This document shows positions 1-8,987 of a DNA stretch of 42,551 bases, one piece after another (position 1 is the first letter of the stretch; every line of letters starts with the position of its first letter). Origin of the DNA: Candidatus Thorarchaeota archaeon. GTDB lineage: Archaea > Asgardarchaeota > Thorarchaeia > Thorarchaeales > Thorarchaeaceae. The stretch spans positions 1 to 42,551 of the forward strand of contig JBHLQH010000031.1 in NCBI GenBank assembly GCA_048884965.1, written 5' to 3'. The position numbers and the translations under genes are program-made. The notes below the pieces were generated by a model that did not search any database, was not told the origin of the DNA, and saw nothing but the letters and a program-made list of their open reading frames with translations.

Positions 1-74
1 CACCAACGGATCCCTCCAAGTAGATCGAGTAACAACATCTGCAGAGATTCTTCTTGATCCATATCAATTATCAT
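1..74 (-). CDS. 5' end of a hypothetical protein running off the window (MIIDMDQEESLQMLLLDLLGGIRW...)
   Basis: Open frame from ATG at 74 to the window edge, preceded by GAGATGA (SD-like). Only 24 codons are visible. Confidence 0.5.
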   Translation of the reverse strand, partial: MIIDMDQEESLQMLLLDLLGGIRW

Positions 75-86
75 CTATCATCTCTG

Positions 87-128
87 GAATTTCCCCCGCA
101 ATTCTACTAAGAGAATTACGGGAAATTC
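87..128 (-). promoter_or_regulatory. Long RNA hairpin just upstream of the RBS of the edge gene
   Basis: Minus strand GAATTTCCCGTAATTCT-CTTAGT-AGAATTGCGGGGGAAATTC gives about 17 bp with one G-U pair and a 2-nt bulge. Confidence 0.5.
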
Positions 129-374
129 AATGCAGTAAAAAGACCGCGATGAACCTTAGTGCAATTTTTCCAGAGGATATTTTCGTATCCTACATGCGAT
201 TCTAAGATATAGGAATTGAAATGGAGTGGAGATGTTTTTTATCTCCATTCCAAAGATTCGTTCCTGAACCAACTCTTGCATCTGAATGAAAATAGCAATA
301 CATATGAGTTTCTTCAAATTGCTATCCTTAAAATTTTAAACTACAAGAAATGGAATCAACTTGGTTCTTGCTGG

Positions 375-2621
375 CTATATTGCAGGAGTAGATGGAAGTG
401 TTATCTTCACTATCAGCCATAATTGGGTAGATGCACCCAGGATACTCTCAGCAGATATTTTACCTCCAAAGAGTTGAATCAATCGATAGCAAAAAGCCAG
501 TTCCGGAACCATGGTCCATTCTCTCTTCGTATACCTATCAAACAAGAGCTTTGATTTGGATGCATCTTGAGATGTCACTTCAATGGTTAAGTCAGTATGC
601 CATGATGGTTTGATATCAAATTTCTCTTGTGCTATTTGGATATCAAGTCCCCGTACATTTCCTATTCGTTGAATAACACCCTCAAAGAGCTTCTGGAATG
701 TATCTACCAGCAAAGAATTTCCAATGACATAACAGGAGCCTCTCTCTTTGTTGATCTTGATCTGCGGCAGCTCTTTGTCATGCTCAATTAATCTGTCAAC
801 GGCGACGATAATGATATCTACCAAATCCATTGCTTCCATCGACCGAGAGTCAAATCTATTCTCTTCCAGAACTGAAGCCATCGTCTGTGTTAGTTCTTCA
901 GCAAATGAAACCTCTTGTAGTGCAAACGATATGGATTCCAGACGCTTGTCATTTAATGTCGATTCCTTTGTCATGTTCTCAAGTGCATCAATCGCGGTAC
1001 CATGATGTGTGCCAATACGCCGAGTCAGAAACTTGGAGTAAATAGTAGCGTTGGTTTCCATCACTATATTCTGTCTATATTCCGCCAAGAAATAGTATAG
1101 CAGCAGGATTGGAAAGATCAAGAACGAGATTGCAAGGACACTCTCGGCAGCCCAGTAGCCAACAGTCCAAACAGAGAAGTTCGCTTTCATAATGGTAATA
1201 ACAAGCCAAATTGAAAGAGACCCAACTGCAAGTGTGTCAAAGGTGATTCTGCCTCCAGATGATCCTGCAAGCAAAAGGAAGAAATCAAGAAGAATGAATA
1301 GAGAGATGTAGCTTAGTCCGAGCATAAGCGCAGTCCCGAATTGCCCTGTGAATACCTCTGGAAATATATCAAACAGCATTTTCTGAATGATTTCGCCAAG
1401 TATCATCATTGTCCCGAAGATTACTGCGAGATAACCGAAGCGGCTAAGTTCATACGATTTGATAGTTCTTTGATTTGGATTCAAAATCTGTCGAACCGCT
1501 GAAACAAGAAAGATGATGGATACTATGCTGCCGGAGATATAAGGCACTCTTGTTTCTGAGATGGTTTCATAGAAGGGTACCAAATGCGAAAAGAACACTA
1601 CTACCTCCGCCATAGTCCAAAACAGAAAGATTGCAATAATCGGAAACACGTACGTATTCCGGTAATTCTGGGATTTGATGTAGAGGAGATATGCCAAAGA
1701 ACCTGCAAACACACATCCACCCAAGTGAATTAGCATTGCAGCACCCGTCTGTTCTACTGGCAAGGTTGTAACAAATCCCTCAACAAGTTGAGTGAGGAGA
1801 AAAGGAATGACAACCAATACACTAATCGCGACCGCTATACCATATGCCACAGATCGTTCAACATCGATGTCAAGAAGGAACGCGTATCCAGTTGCAACTA
1901 TTGCGTATATGAAGGCAATAGCCATCAATGCTATTGATATTATCCATAAGATATTTGGGGAAGGAAGAATCGTGAGGTGGATTAAGCTTGCTCCCGCAAG
2001 TAAACCAAATGAGATCGAGAGACGAACTGGTTCATGAGACCCTCCTCGATATTCAACTCTAGAGGTGTATGTAAGATAGGCAGCTCCTATGTAGGTCATG
2101 AGTGCAAGCAGTCCAACGAAATATCCCCATGAGAGGAAGATCGTCTGGTTAAGGTAACTACGGGTTAGAATGAGTAATATGACGAATGCAGTAATACTGA
2201 CAAGGACGTATATCAAAGTGATATAGCGCTTATTCCATATCGATTTCTCAGAAGGAGGATACTTTTGGAGGTAGGCATAGAGTATCATGGAAATTCCTGT
2301 GGTAGCAAAGGCAACAAGATTGAGAAACACTCCAGCTGTGTACAAGTGAGTTACTGGAGAGCTCTCTGCATATACATAGAAAATTGCTGCCCCTCCAAAA
2401 ACAATGGAAGCATACAACGTACCAGCTGAGAAAAATGAATGAGCAGGAGAAGGATCTGTGCGAATCCGGTTCCTAGAGCCTACTGTAATGGTTATGCAAA
2501 GAAAAGCGAGAACCGAGTAGTACACTGAAGCTGAGCCAGCTGTTGTCCATGGTGGTGAGCTTAGAAAGAAGATAGCAACGCCTATCAATAAAGCTATGAA
2601 GCTGACAATGATATTTCGCAT
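375..2621 (-). CDS. Multi-pass membrane sensor with degenerate histidine kinase/HATPase-like C-terminus
   Basis: About 510 aa of consecutive hydrophobic helices, then a HisKA-like helical region and a HATPase-like tail (GNSLLVDTFQKL..., RLIQLFGGKISAES). Start moved to MRNIIV at 2621; the ORF track start is 2681. Confidence 0.7.
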   Translation of the reverse strand: MRNIIVSFIALLIGVAIFFLSSPPWTTAGSASVYYSVLAFLCITITVGSRNRIRTDPSPAHSFFSAGTLYASIVFGGAAIFYVYAESSPVTHLYTAGVFLNLVAFATTGISMILYAYLQKYPPSEKSIWNKRYITLIYVLVSITAFVILLILTRSYLNQTIFLSWGYFVGLLALMTYIGAAYLTYTSRVEYRGGSHEPVRLSISFGLLAGASLIHLTILPSPNILWIISIALMAIAFIYAIVATGYAFLLDIDVERSVAYGIAVAISVLVVIPFLLTQLVEGFVTTLPVEQTGAAMLIHLGGCVFAGSLAYLLYIKSQNYRNTYVFPIIAIFLFWTMAEVVVFFSHLVPFYETISETRVPYISGSIVSIIFLVSAVRQILNPNQRTIKSYELSRFGYLAVIFGTMMILGEIIQKMLFDIFPEVFTGQFGTALMLGLSYISLFILLDFFLLLAGSSGGRITFDTLAVGSLSIWLVITIMKANFSVWTVGYWAAESVLAISFLIFPILLLYYFLAEYRQNIVMETNATIYSKFLTRRIGTHHGTAIDALENMTKESTLNDKRLESISFALQEVSFAEELTQTMASVLEENRFDSRSMEAMDLVDIIIVAVDRLIEHDKELPQIKINKERGSCYVIGNSLLVDTFQKLFEGVIQRIGNVRGLDIQIAQEKFDIKPSWHTDLTIEVTSQDASKSKLLFDRYTKREWTMVPELAFCYRLIQLFGGKISAESILGASTQLWLIVKITLPSTPAI

Positions 2622-3000
2622 TTCGTTTTGCAAATGACACGTTCTCCTCGACAATATAAAACATGGTACAAAAGCAAGCACGTCTTATATACTGAATATT
2701 TTTTATACCAATAATATAAAGTATCTCATGTAATCATCCGTTCTATTTTCCGATGAATCGAACGAAAAAAGGGACAATCAATGATTTAAACGCACTGTAA
2801 CGCAATTTCCTCCCTTACAGATAAAATACTAGGAGTAAGCCATCGAATCACTCTAGGTCTTTTCGTTGCCAATATAATTTTCAGGTGGCAGTAGGTAAGC
2901 TATTCTTTTGGCCATAGATCAAATACCATGGCATATATCGTTCAGAAAAACCCTTATCAGACCTCATATTACATCGGAAATTGGAGCATGTGTTGAGCGC

Positions 3001-3579
3001 ATGAAAACAAAGCTATTCCTAGAACCAAAAGGCAAAGTTCGCGAAGAAGTCTTTCTAGAGTCCGCGGTACCAGATAAATGGAACCTGTTCAAGAAGTGGA
3101 AACAATCGTGGGTTTCTAAAAAAGATTTCAATCAGTGGCTTAAGCAGGATTGGCCAGCTGATAAGTTGGGAGAACTCCGACCAGGCAAGATCCTGAAGAT
3201 CTCGGTATTGGATGATGCAACTAGCAGACCGAAAGGAAAGCTCTATGCGTTTAGATCATTCTATCTTGAAAGCACAGGGGAGAAGAAGAAGTTACCAATA
3301 GTACTCTATGGTCAACTAAAATCTAACTACAGCTTAGATGAACTAGTAGCTAAACTGGAACTCTCAGCAGAACAAAAGGATGAACTGAAGCAAGATTTCA
3401 AACTTGATCCTTGGGTCCCTATCTCTGTGTGGCATGCAAAGCCCATCAATAAGAATGACGAAATACCACAAACTGAGCTTATTTCGACCTCATTAGATTA
3501 TTCAAAGGCTATCTTCACCTATGACTTTAAACCTCTAAGCGCTTCAAGCTTTACAGAAACAGAGATGTTTAGGGGCTAG
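3001..3579 (+). CDS. Hypothetical soluble protein (192 aa)
   Basis: Long ORF. ATG 3001, downstream of GGAG, is preferred over TTG 2908. No family recognised. Confidence 0.7.
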   Translation: MKTKLFLEPKGKVREEVFLESAVPDKWNLFKKWKQSWVSKKDFNQWLKQDWPADKLGELRPGKILKISVLDDATSRPKGKLYAFRSFYLESTGEKKKLPIVLYGQLKSNYSLDELVAKLELSAEQKDELKQDFKLDPWVPISVWHAKPINKNDEIPQTELISTSLDYSKAIFTYDFKPLSASSFTETEMFRG

Positions 3580-3758
3580 GGCTTACGGAATGATATACAT
3601 CCTTGTAGACATGCTTTGATACATTCCCCGCATTCCTTGCAATACTGCACATTAACTACTTGAGGAGTTTCATCTAATTTCTCATATACTCCATATCTAC
3701 ATTCTTTCACGCAATTTCCACAGCCAGTGCAGCAGTTTTCATTGAGAATTGTTGGAAT
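3576..3758 (-). CDS. 2x[4Fe-4S] ferredoxin (60 aa), probable ATT start; absent from the ORF track
   Basis: Translation (M)PTILNENCCTGCGNCVKECRYGVYEKLDETPQVVNVQYCKECGECIKACLQGCISFRKP* has two CxxCxxCxxxC motifs. A GGTGA SD lies 6 nt upstream of ATT. Confidence 0.8.
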   Translation of the reverse strand: MPTILNENCCTGCGNCVKECRYGVYEKLDETPQVVNVQYCKECGECIKACLQGCISFRKP

Positions 3759-3900
3759 CGTGCATCACCAATCGTTCTTTCGATAGACTTCTCTTTTGGT
3801 TATATGAAGTCAACTTTTGCGGCGTAATATGCATTGAAATACACAAGCAGCCTTTTGCTTCATAAGTGGAATGAATCTACGTTAGGTAGGGATATTATAG

Positions 3901-5739
3901 ATGCAGCTAAAACGATATAGGAAATTCTTAGCTTTTTGCTTTCTCATCACCACCATCACCTTCATTCATCTTCCCGTGAACTTTGTTTCAGGAGTTTCTT
4001 CAAATTCAAAGTTCTCCAAAGCAGGACCCTATATCGATTCCATCCGTTGTATACCATTATGGGGAGATGAGGCTATCAACGCTTTGCAGGAAGGAGATGT
4101 TGATGTAATCTTTGAGATGATCGACCCAGTTTTTCTTGATGCACTAAATGATACCCAATACATCGAGATTGTTACAAGTCTGAGGAATGGCTTTGGATAT
4201 TTTTCCATTAACACAGGAAAATACCCATTTAATATAACTGAGCTACGAAGAGCAATGGCATTTGCATTTGATAAGAACCGAGTTGCTGATGAAGTGCTTG
4301 ACGGATTGGGTGTACCTCAGGACTGTATCATTCCTCAACAAAATCCATTCTCACTTGAGAACCTTCGTGATTACAATTATTATGATTCCGACGTTGAAAC
4401 TGCGAATCAACTTCTTGATAGATCGGGCTTCATAGATACTAATGGAGATAGTTACAGAGAAGCTCCCAATGGCCTTGCTTTTCACATCAATATCGAGGTC
4501 GCTCAATCTTCGGCTTGGGCAAGGGAGATTGGCGATATTTTGGAGGAGAATCTCATCTCTGTAGGATTGAATGCGACATGTAGTTATGTTGATTTCTACG
4601 AATATTTGAATCGGTTATACTTCCATGGCGACTTTGATATTGGATTCCTTGGCTCCTCATTCAGTAACTTCAATGTAGATTGGCTGGCAAATGTATACTG
4701 GTCAGAATACGCAGATGAACCCTACTGCAATTATCCGAGTTGGAGAAATTCCACATTTGATTCGTGGAGAGATCAGCTACTCCATGGATGTTCATTTCAG
4801 GAGGTCTATGACGCAGCAATCGAGATGCAAAAGATCTGTACCTATGCATGCCCTGAAATAATCATATACCAGAACTTGTACCCAAGTGTTTACAGAAGCG
4901 ATAAATTCACAAATTTTGCAGTTGACTGTACTGAAGGAATCGGCAATTGGTGGACATTGTACAATGTAAAACCACTCCATGCTTCATTTGGAGGAACACT
5001 GAACATTGCGGCTGGGCTTGGAATCGATTACTTCTCTCCAATCTGCTCATGTGGGGATTATCATGCTAACATGCAAAGATACTATTATGACTCACTAGTA
5101 AGAGAGGATCCTAATGGAAATCTAATACCTTGGCTTGCGAAGTCATACTTCATTGAGAATCATGAAGACAACCCAAGTATTCCAGAAGGTCGTACAAGGT
5201 TTTACTTCGAGATGCTTGATAACGCAACATGGACAGATGGAGAGAAAGTTACAGCTTTTGATGCTGCATTCACCCTGAATTACTACAGAGACATAAGGTA
5301 TCATCCATTCAAGGCAGATATGTTGCAAATGACCTCTGCGTATTCAATCGATAACAAAACACTGGTCGTAGAGTTCAATGGAGAGTCCTATTGGCATCTT
5401 TACGATTTTGGTAGCAAGCCAATATTGCCAGCTCATTTCTTCAAGGATGTTAACTTGACTCTCTGGGAACCAGACCCACGATATGATGAAATAATTACCT
5501 CAGGTCCATTCAATTATTCTGAATACATGCCATCTGAATATATTGAGTTGACATATAATCCAAATTACTTCTATGGTGTTGATAGGTCTGAATTGCCTCT
5601 AACTTCAGATGGAGAATTGCCAGAGGTTGACACGACTTTAGTCATTAGCCTGGTCATCACATCCTCTTCATTGATTGTGATTACCTGTGTGGCGGTACTT
5701 TGGAATCGTGACAAGAAACTTGTTGGATATACTAACTAA
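3901..5739 (+). CDS. ABC transporter substrate-binding protein, family 5 (OppA/DppA-like), circularly permuted, C-terminal TM anchor
   Basis: Motifs GPYIDSI, LRRAMAFAFD, ANQLLDRSGF, GGTLNI, YDSLV...PWLAKSY, WTDGEKVTAFD and SGPF. N-terminal signal peptide and a C-terminal TM with basic tail. Confidence 0.88.
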   Translation: MQLKRYRKFLAFCFLITTITFIHLPVNFVSGVSSNSKFSKAGPYIDSIRCIPLWGDEAINALQEGDVDVIFEMIDPVFLDALNDTQYIEIVTSLRNGFGYFSINTGKYPFNITELRRAMAFAFDKNRVADEVLDGLGVPQDCIIPQQNPFSLENLRDYNYYDSDVETANQLLDRSGFIDTNGDSYREAPNGLAFHINIEVAQSSAWAREIGDILEENLISVGLNATCSYVDFYEYLNRLYFHGDFDIGFLGSSFSNFNVDWLANVYWSEYADEPYCNYPSWRNSTFDSWRDQLLHGCSFQEVYDAAIEMQKICTYACPEIIIYQNLYPSVYRSDKFTNFAVDCTEGIGNWWTLYNVKPLHASFGGTLNIAAGLGIDYFSPICSCGDYHANMQRYYYDSLVREDPNGNLIPWLAKSYFIENHEDNPSIPEGRTRFYFEMLDNATWTDGEKVTAFDAAFTLNYYRDIRYHPFKADMLQMTSAYSIDNKTLVVEFNGESYWHLYDFGSKPILPAHFFKDVNLTLWEPDPRYDEIITSGPFNYSEYMPSEYIELTYNPNYFYGVDRSELPLTSDGELPEVDTTLVISLVITSSSLIVITCVAVLWNRDKKLVGYTN

Positions 5740-5786
5740 ATGCAGAATCTGGTTTCAGAAAGAGCAAGTAGACTTTCTCTATCCAA

Positions 5787-6833
5787 TCATTCGGGTGTCA
5801 AATGGGATGGAAGGTGAATTGCATACTTGCAAAGCTTGCCGCCATCAATGACAGTTTCTGCAATTTCAATCTTCAGTTTTTCCCCAAACACAGTTTCATA
5901 TAATTGACGCGACCAACCTGCCCCACAATAGCAGAATGTCCGTGGCATCCTATCCAATGTTGCCTTGACTATTGGACAGAAGCATGCAGCCCTGATTATT
6001 TCCTCTTGAGTTGTAGCTTTCTTGTAGGCTTCAGGATCTGCTGGCGGTTTGGTCTGATAGATGATATTTCCTTCACGATAGGGTTTGACAATGAAGGGAA
6101 GACTATTACCCCATACCTCAAGGAATTCATCTACATTCTTGTTTCTATCATAAACAGCTTTCAGCTTCAGTATCTCCTCAATAGGTCTAACATGAGCACA
6201 ACCAGAAATGACCTCATACTTCTGCTCCTCTGTAGCTATTGAGTCCAATTTCATGATGGCATCGATTGCCCATTGACCACGAACGCAAGCTTCAGTATGG
6301 GGTGTGATTTTATCATATCCTTTCATGACCTCTTCTCGTATTTCAGGTCCTAAAATCGATTCCAAGCCATCAGAGAACCGGCGATTCCAATCGTGAAAAG
6401 TAGCTAAAATCTCGACATCTAAGTCATCACCCATTGGATCTTTATGATAGATTTCTCTGGGACTCAAGCCATGAGGCATCCCACGTGAGTTGGCATAATC
6501 ACGAATTTCCCTTAGTGCCGCTGACAACTCGGTCTTTGGACCCTTCCATGAATAGCTCATTGCAGTTACTGACTCAAGTTTATACGATTTAACGACGTCG
6601 TCTTCATAGACCTGTGATACAGGAAACGCTACTTCGGCATCAAATCCTTCTTCGATTCCAGTATCGAATCGAAAGATTACCATTCCGGGTCCTGTGATGA
6701 TATCGTTACATACCTCTCGAAGATATGTGAATCTAGGAGGAATTTCAGACCGCTGCTTAACTGGAGCTCTATATCCAGCAACAAGCATCTCATCAATCTC
6801 TTTGAAAACGAATCGGGAACTATCAGCAGACAT
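5787..6833 (-). CDS. GyrI-like small-molecule-binding domain fused to a Cys-rich DUF6144/V4R-like domain
   Basis: N-terminal effector-binding-like motifs (EVAFPV, WKGP, PREIYH); C-terminal CAH...CFCP...CYCGAGW...C. Confidence 0.7.
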   Translation of the reverse strand: MSADSSRFVFKEIDEMLVAGYRAPVKQRSEIPPRFTYLREVCNDIITGPGMVIFRFDTGIEEGFDAEVAFPVSQVYEDDVVKSYKLESVTAMSYSWKGPKTELSAALREIRDYANSRGMPHGLSPREIYHKDPMGDDLDVEILATFHDWNRRFSDGLESILGPEIREEVMKGYDKITPHTEACVRGQWAIDAIMKLDSIATEEQKYEVISGCAHVRPIEEILKLKAVYDRNKNVDEFLEVWGNSLPFIVKPYREGNIIYQTKPPADPEAYKKATTQEEIIRAACFCPIVKATLDRMPRTFCYCGAGWSRQLYETVFGEKLKIEIAETVIDGGKLCKYAIHLPSHLTPE

Positions 6834-6912
6834 TTATCTCAAACCTCATTTTCTAATACGATATTGAATTCCTACTCCATATTAGTATGCGAGATAAACG
6901 CAATAATCAAGC

Positions 6913-7560
6913 TTGGAATCAAGTGAGGAGGAAATGATGAGAATAAAATACCTAGGTCAATCTGGTTTTACTCTTGAATCCGAATTCTCAACCATGATTA
7001 TCGACCCTTCAAGGAAAGAAGATGGAGATGCAAAGGGCGAAATTGTATATTGCACTCACCATCACTCAGATCACATCAGAGGAGTGCGTACTTTTCTAGA
7101 GAAGAACAATGATGCAATTCTTGTATGTAATGCTCAAGTTGCTTCTAAATTTGAAAGCTTCAATGAAAGAATTACTGTGATCGATTCAGAGAAGACTTTT
7201 CATAAGACCCCTTGGAGTTTACGATTCGTGGAGGGCAAACATGGCTTAGCAAAAGGAGTTGAGAACACCGGAGTCATCATTAGTGAAGGAGAAGAATCAT
7301 TCGGGCATCCAGGTGATACAATAAACTTGGAGGGTTTCTACCACAGAAAAGTTGACATCCTCGCTGTGCCTATTGGAGGTGTCTTCACGGCGTCTCCTAC
7401 ACGGATCATAGATGAGCTTGCTCATTTCAAGGAGTATCCAAGAAGAATCGTGCCAGTGCACTGGTTACTTCGAAATCCAAAGTCTTTCTGTAGACGAATA
7501 TCAGAGAGATTTCCAGATATTCAGTGTACAGTACCTGAGAAGGGAAGATACGTTTTCTGA
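6913..7560 (+). CDS. MBL-fold metallo-hydrolase (UlaG/UPF0173-like)
   Basis: YLGQSGF, IIDP, THHHSDH, HPGDT, VPIGG, PVHW. True start may be ATG 6934 or 6937. Confidence 0.9.
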   Translation: MESSEEEMMRIKYLGQSGFTLESEFSTMIIDPSRKEDGDAKGEIVYCTHHHSDHIRGVRTFLEKNNDAILVCNAQVASKFESFNERITVIDSEKTFHKTPWSLRFVEGKHGLAKGVENTGVIISEGEESFGHPGDTINLEGFYHRKVDILAVPIGGVFTASPTRIIDELAHFKEYPRRIVPVHWLLRNPKSFCRRISERFPDIQCTVPEKGRYVF

Positions 7561-7702
7561 CCATCAACCTCTGGCATAAGATTAGAGATATCACCACTAG
7601 ATTATTATTCACTACGAAATCGAAATCCTCGCGGTCTGTACATCATGAATGGTCTGTATTGCCCGGTATAATGATACATCAGAACAAATGGAGCTAGACT
7701 TG

Positions 7703-8212
7703 ATGCCGTCCAATGTTGTGAAAATCGTCTTTGTTGGGGCGGGAGGAGCTGGAAAGAGTGCGACAGCTTATAGACTAGCTAATGGAGCATTTAGAGAAAC
7801 CATGATGACTATAGGTCTTGATATAGACACTTGGTCACTAAGCGATGAGGACACTGGAGGTCATGTCAAAATCGCGGCTTTTGATCTTGGAGGACAGGAG
7901 CAATTTCGATTTTTCCAAGATAGGTTTGTAGCAGGAGCAGAATGCGTTCTCATACTAGTAGATATGACTCGATGGATAAGCTTGGATGAAGTTGATGAGT
8001 GGATTGACCTCATCCGACATATTCCAAAAGATAGGTGGTTGCTTATTGCCAATAAAGCTGATGCTGCTACTACGATGTCTGAGGAGGATATCAAGGAAAA
8101 GGCAGAAGAACTTGGGATTTCCTATATCGTTGTAAGCGCAAAAACTGGTGATAATTTTGATAATCTCTCGAAAATGATATCAGATTTAGTCTTCAATGAT
8201 GTCGAGAATTAA
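7703..8212 (+). CDS. Ras-superfamily (Rab/Roc-like) small GTPase
   Basis: G1 GAGGAGKS, G2 TIG, G3 DLGGQEQF, G4 NKAD, G5 SAK. Start at MPSNVVK after GGAG. Confidence 0.93.
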   Translation: MPSNVVKIVFVGAGGAGKSATAYRLANGAFRETMMTIGLDIDTWSLSDEDTGGHVKIAAFDLGGQEQFRFFQDRFVAGAECVLILVDMTRWISLDEVDEWIDLIRHIPKDRWLLIANKADAATTMSEEDIKEKAEELGISYIVVSAKTGDNFDNLSKMISDLVFNDVEN

Positions 8213-8229
8213 CTCAACGTTTCAGGGTC

Positions 8230-8982
8230 TTGAGGATCATGCAGGAAGGAATCCCAATATCTATACTGAGTAGAAGCAAAGTCCTACATCACGTACTTGA
8301 AAGATACCTCGATTCAATTATCACCAATGATTCACAAATCCACATAGCAGATTTCGCAGCAGGAGAAAATGATGAGATACCTGTTTACATCCACCAATAT
8401 CTGAGCAATCATTTTTCTTCCCGAAGAAGGGATTTTTCTTTCTACGTCTATTGCACGGATGTTCACAGTCTAAGAATAGAGAGCCTCTTTGACAAGCTGG
8501 TCTCTTTGCATCTAGAGGACAGAACAAGAGTTGTACTCTCGAAGTTTGAAACGATGACAGAAGATGCTACCTACCCAGCGAATCAAATGGACTTCGTGAG
8601 AGGTTTGAAATCAAGAACAGTCATTGATGATAGTATTGTAGATAGCCACAAACTTCCAAGAGGTTGCTTCCACATTGGCATCCTTAACAATGATGTAGTA
8701 GGATACATACACGAGTACTACAAGGAATATACTGATGCAAGCAAGAGTCTACAAGGGATTCGATCCACAATGCAGGATGGAGGGCTACTGATGGTTACTC
8801 AACCATGTATGTTATTTCCCCTTGATAACATCAAAGTTCTCGAATCGCATGGTTTTCGGTTCACAATTGGGTACGATTTTGATCTAAAGAGCGATAGCAT
8901 GCGTGAGATAGACAGGTCTCTCTCATTTGACGAACTGAGCAAGTTGGGGCATTACTCAATCCTCTTGTTCAGGTGCAAGTAA
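8230..8982 (+). CDS. Divergent class I SAM-dependent methyltransferase-like protein
   Basis: Motif-I-like IADFAAGEN, acidic residue after beta2 (YCTDV), and a late MQDGGLLMV motif. Confidence 0.55.
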   Translation: MRIMQEGIPISILSRSKVLHHVLERYLDSIITNDSQIHIADFAAGENDEIPVYIHQYLSNHFSSRRRDFSFYVYCTDVHSLRIESLFDKLVSLHLEDRTRVVLSKFETMTEDATYPANQMDFVRGLKSRTVIDDSIVDSHKLPRGCFHIGILNNDVVGYIHEYYKEYTDASKSLQGIRSTMQDGGLLMVTQPCMLFPLDNIKVLESHGFRFTIGYDFDLKSDSMREIDRSLSFDELSKLGHYSILLFRCK

Positions 8983-8987
8983 GTAAT

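Noticed and set aside
216-422. 68-aa plus-strand ORF
   Set aside because: TTG start without a convincing RBS, overlaps the convergent gene, no motifs; the region is better explained by hairpins.
3759-3810. In-frame TGA upstream of the ferredoxin read as selenocysteine
   Set aside because: It is not at a cluster-ligand position, no start codon lies close upstream in frame, and the TGA is part of the GGTGA SD.
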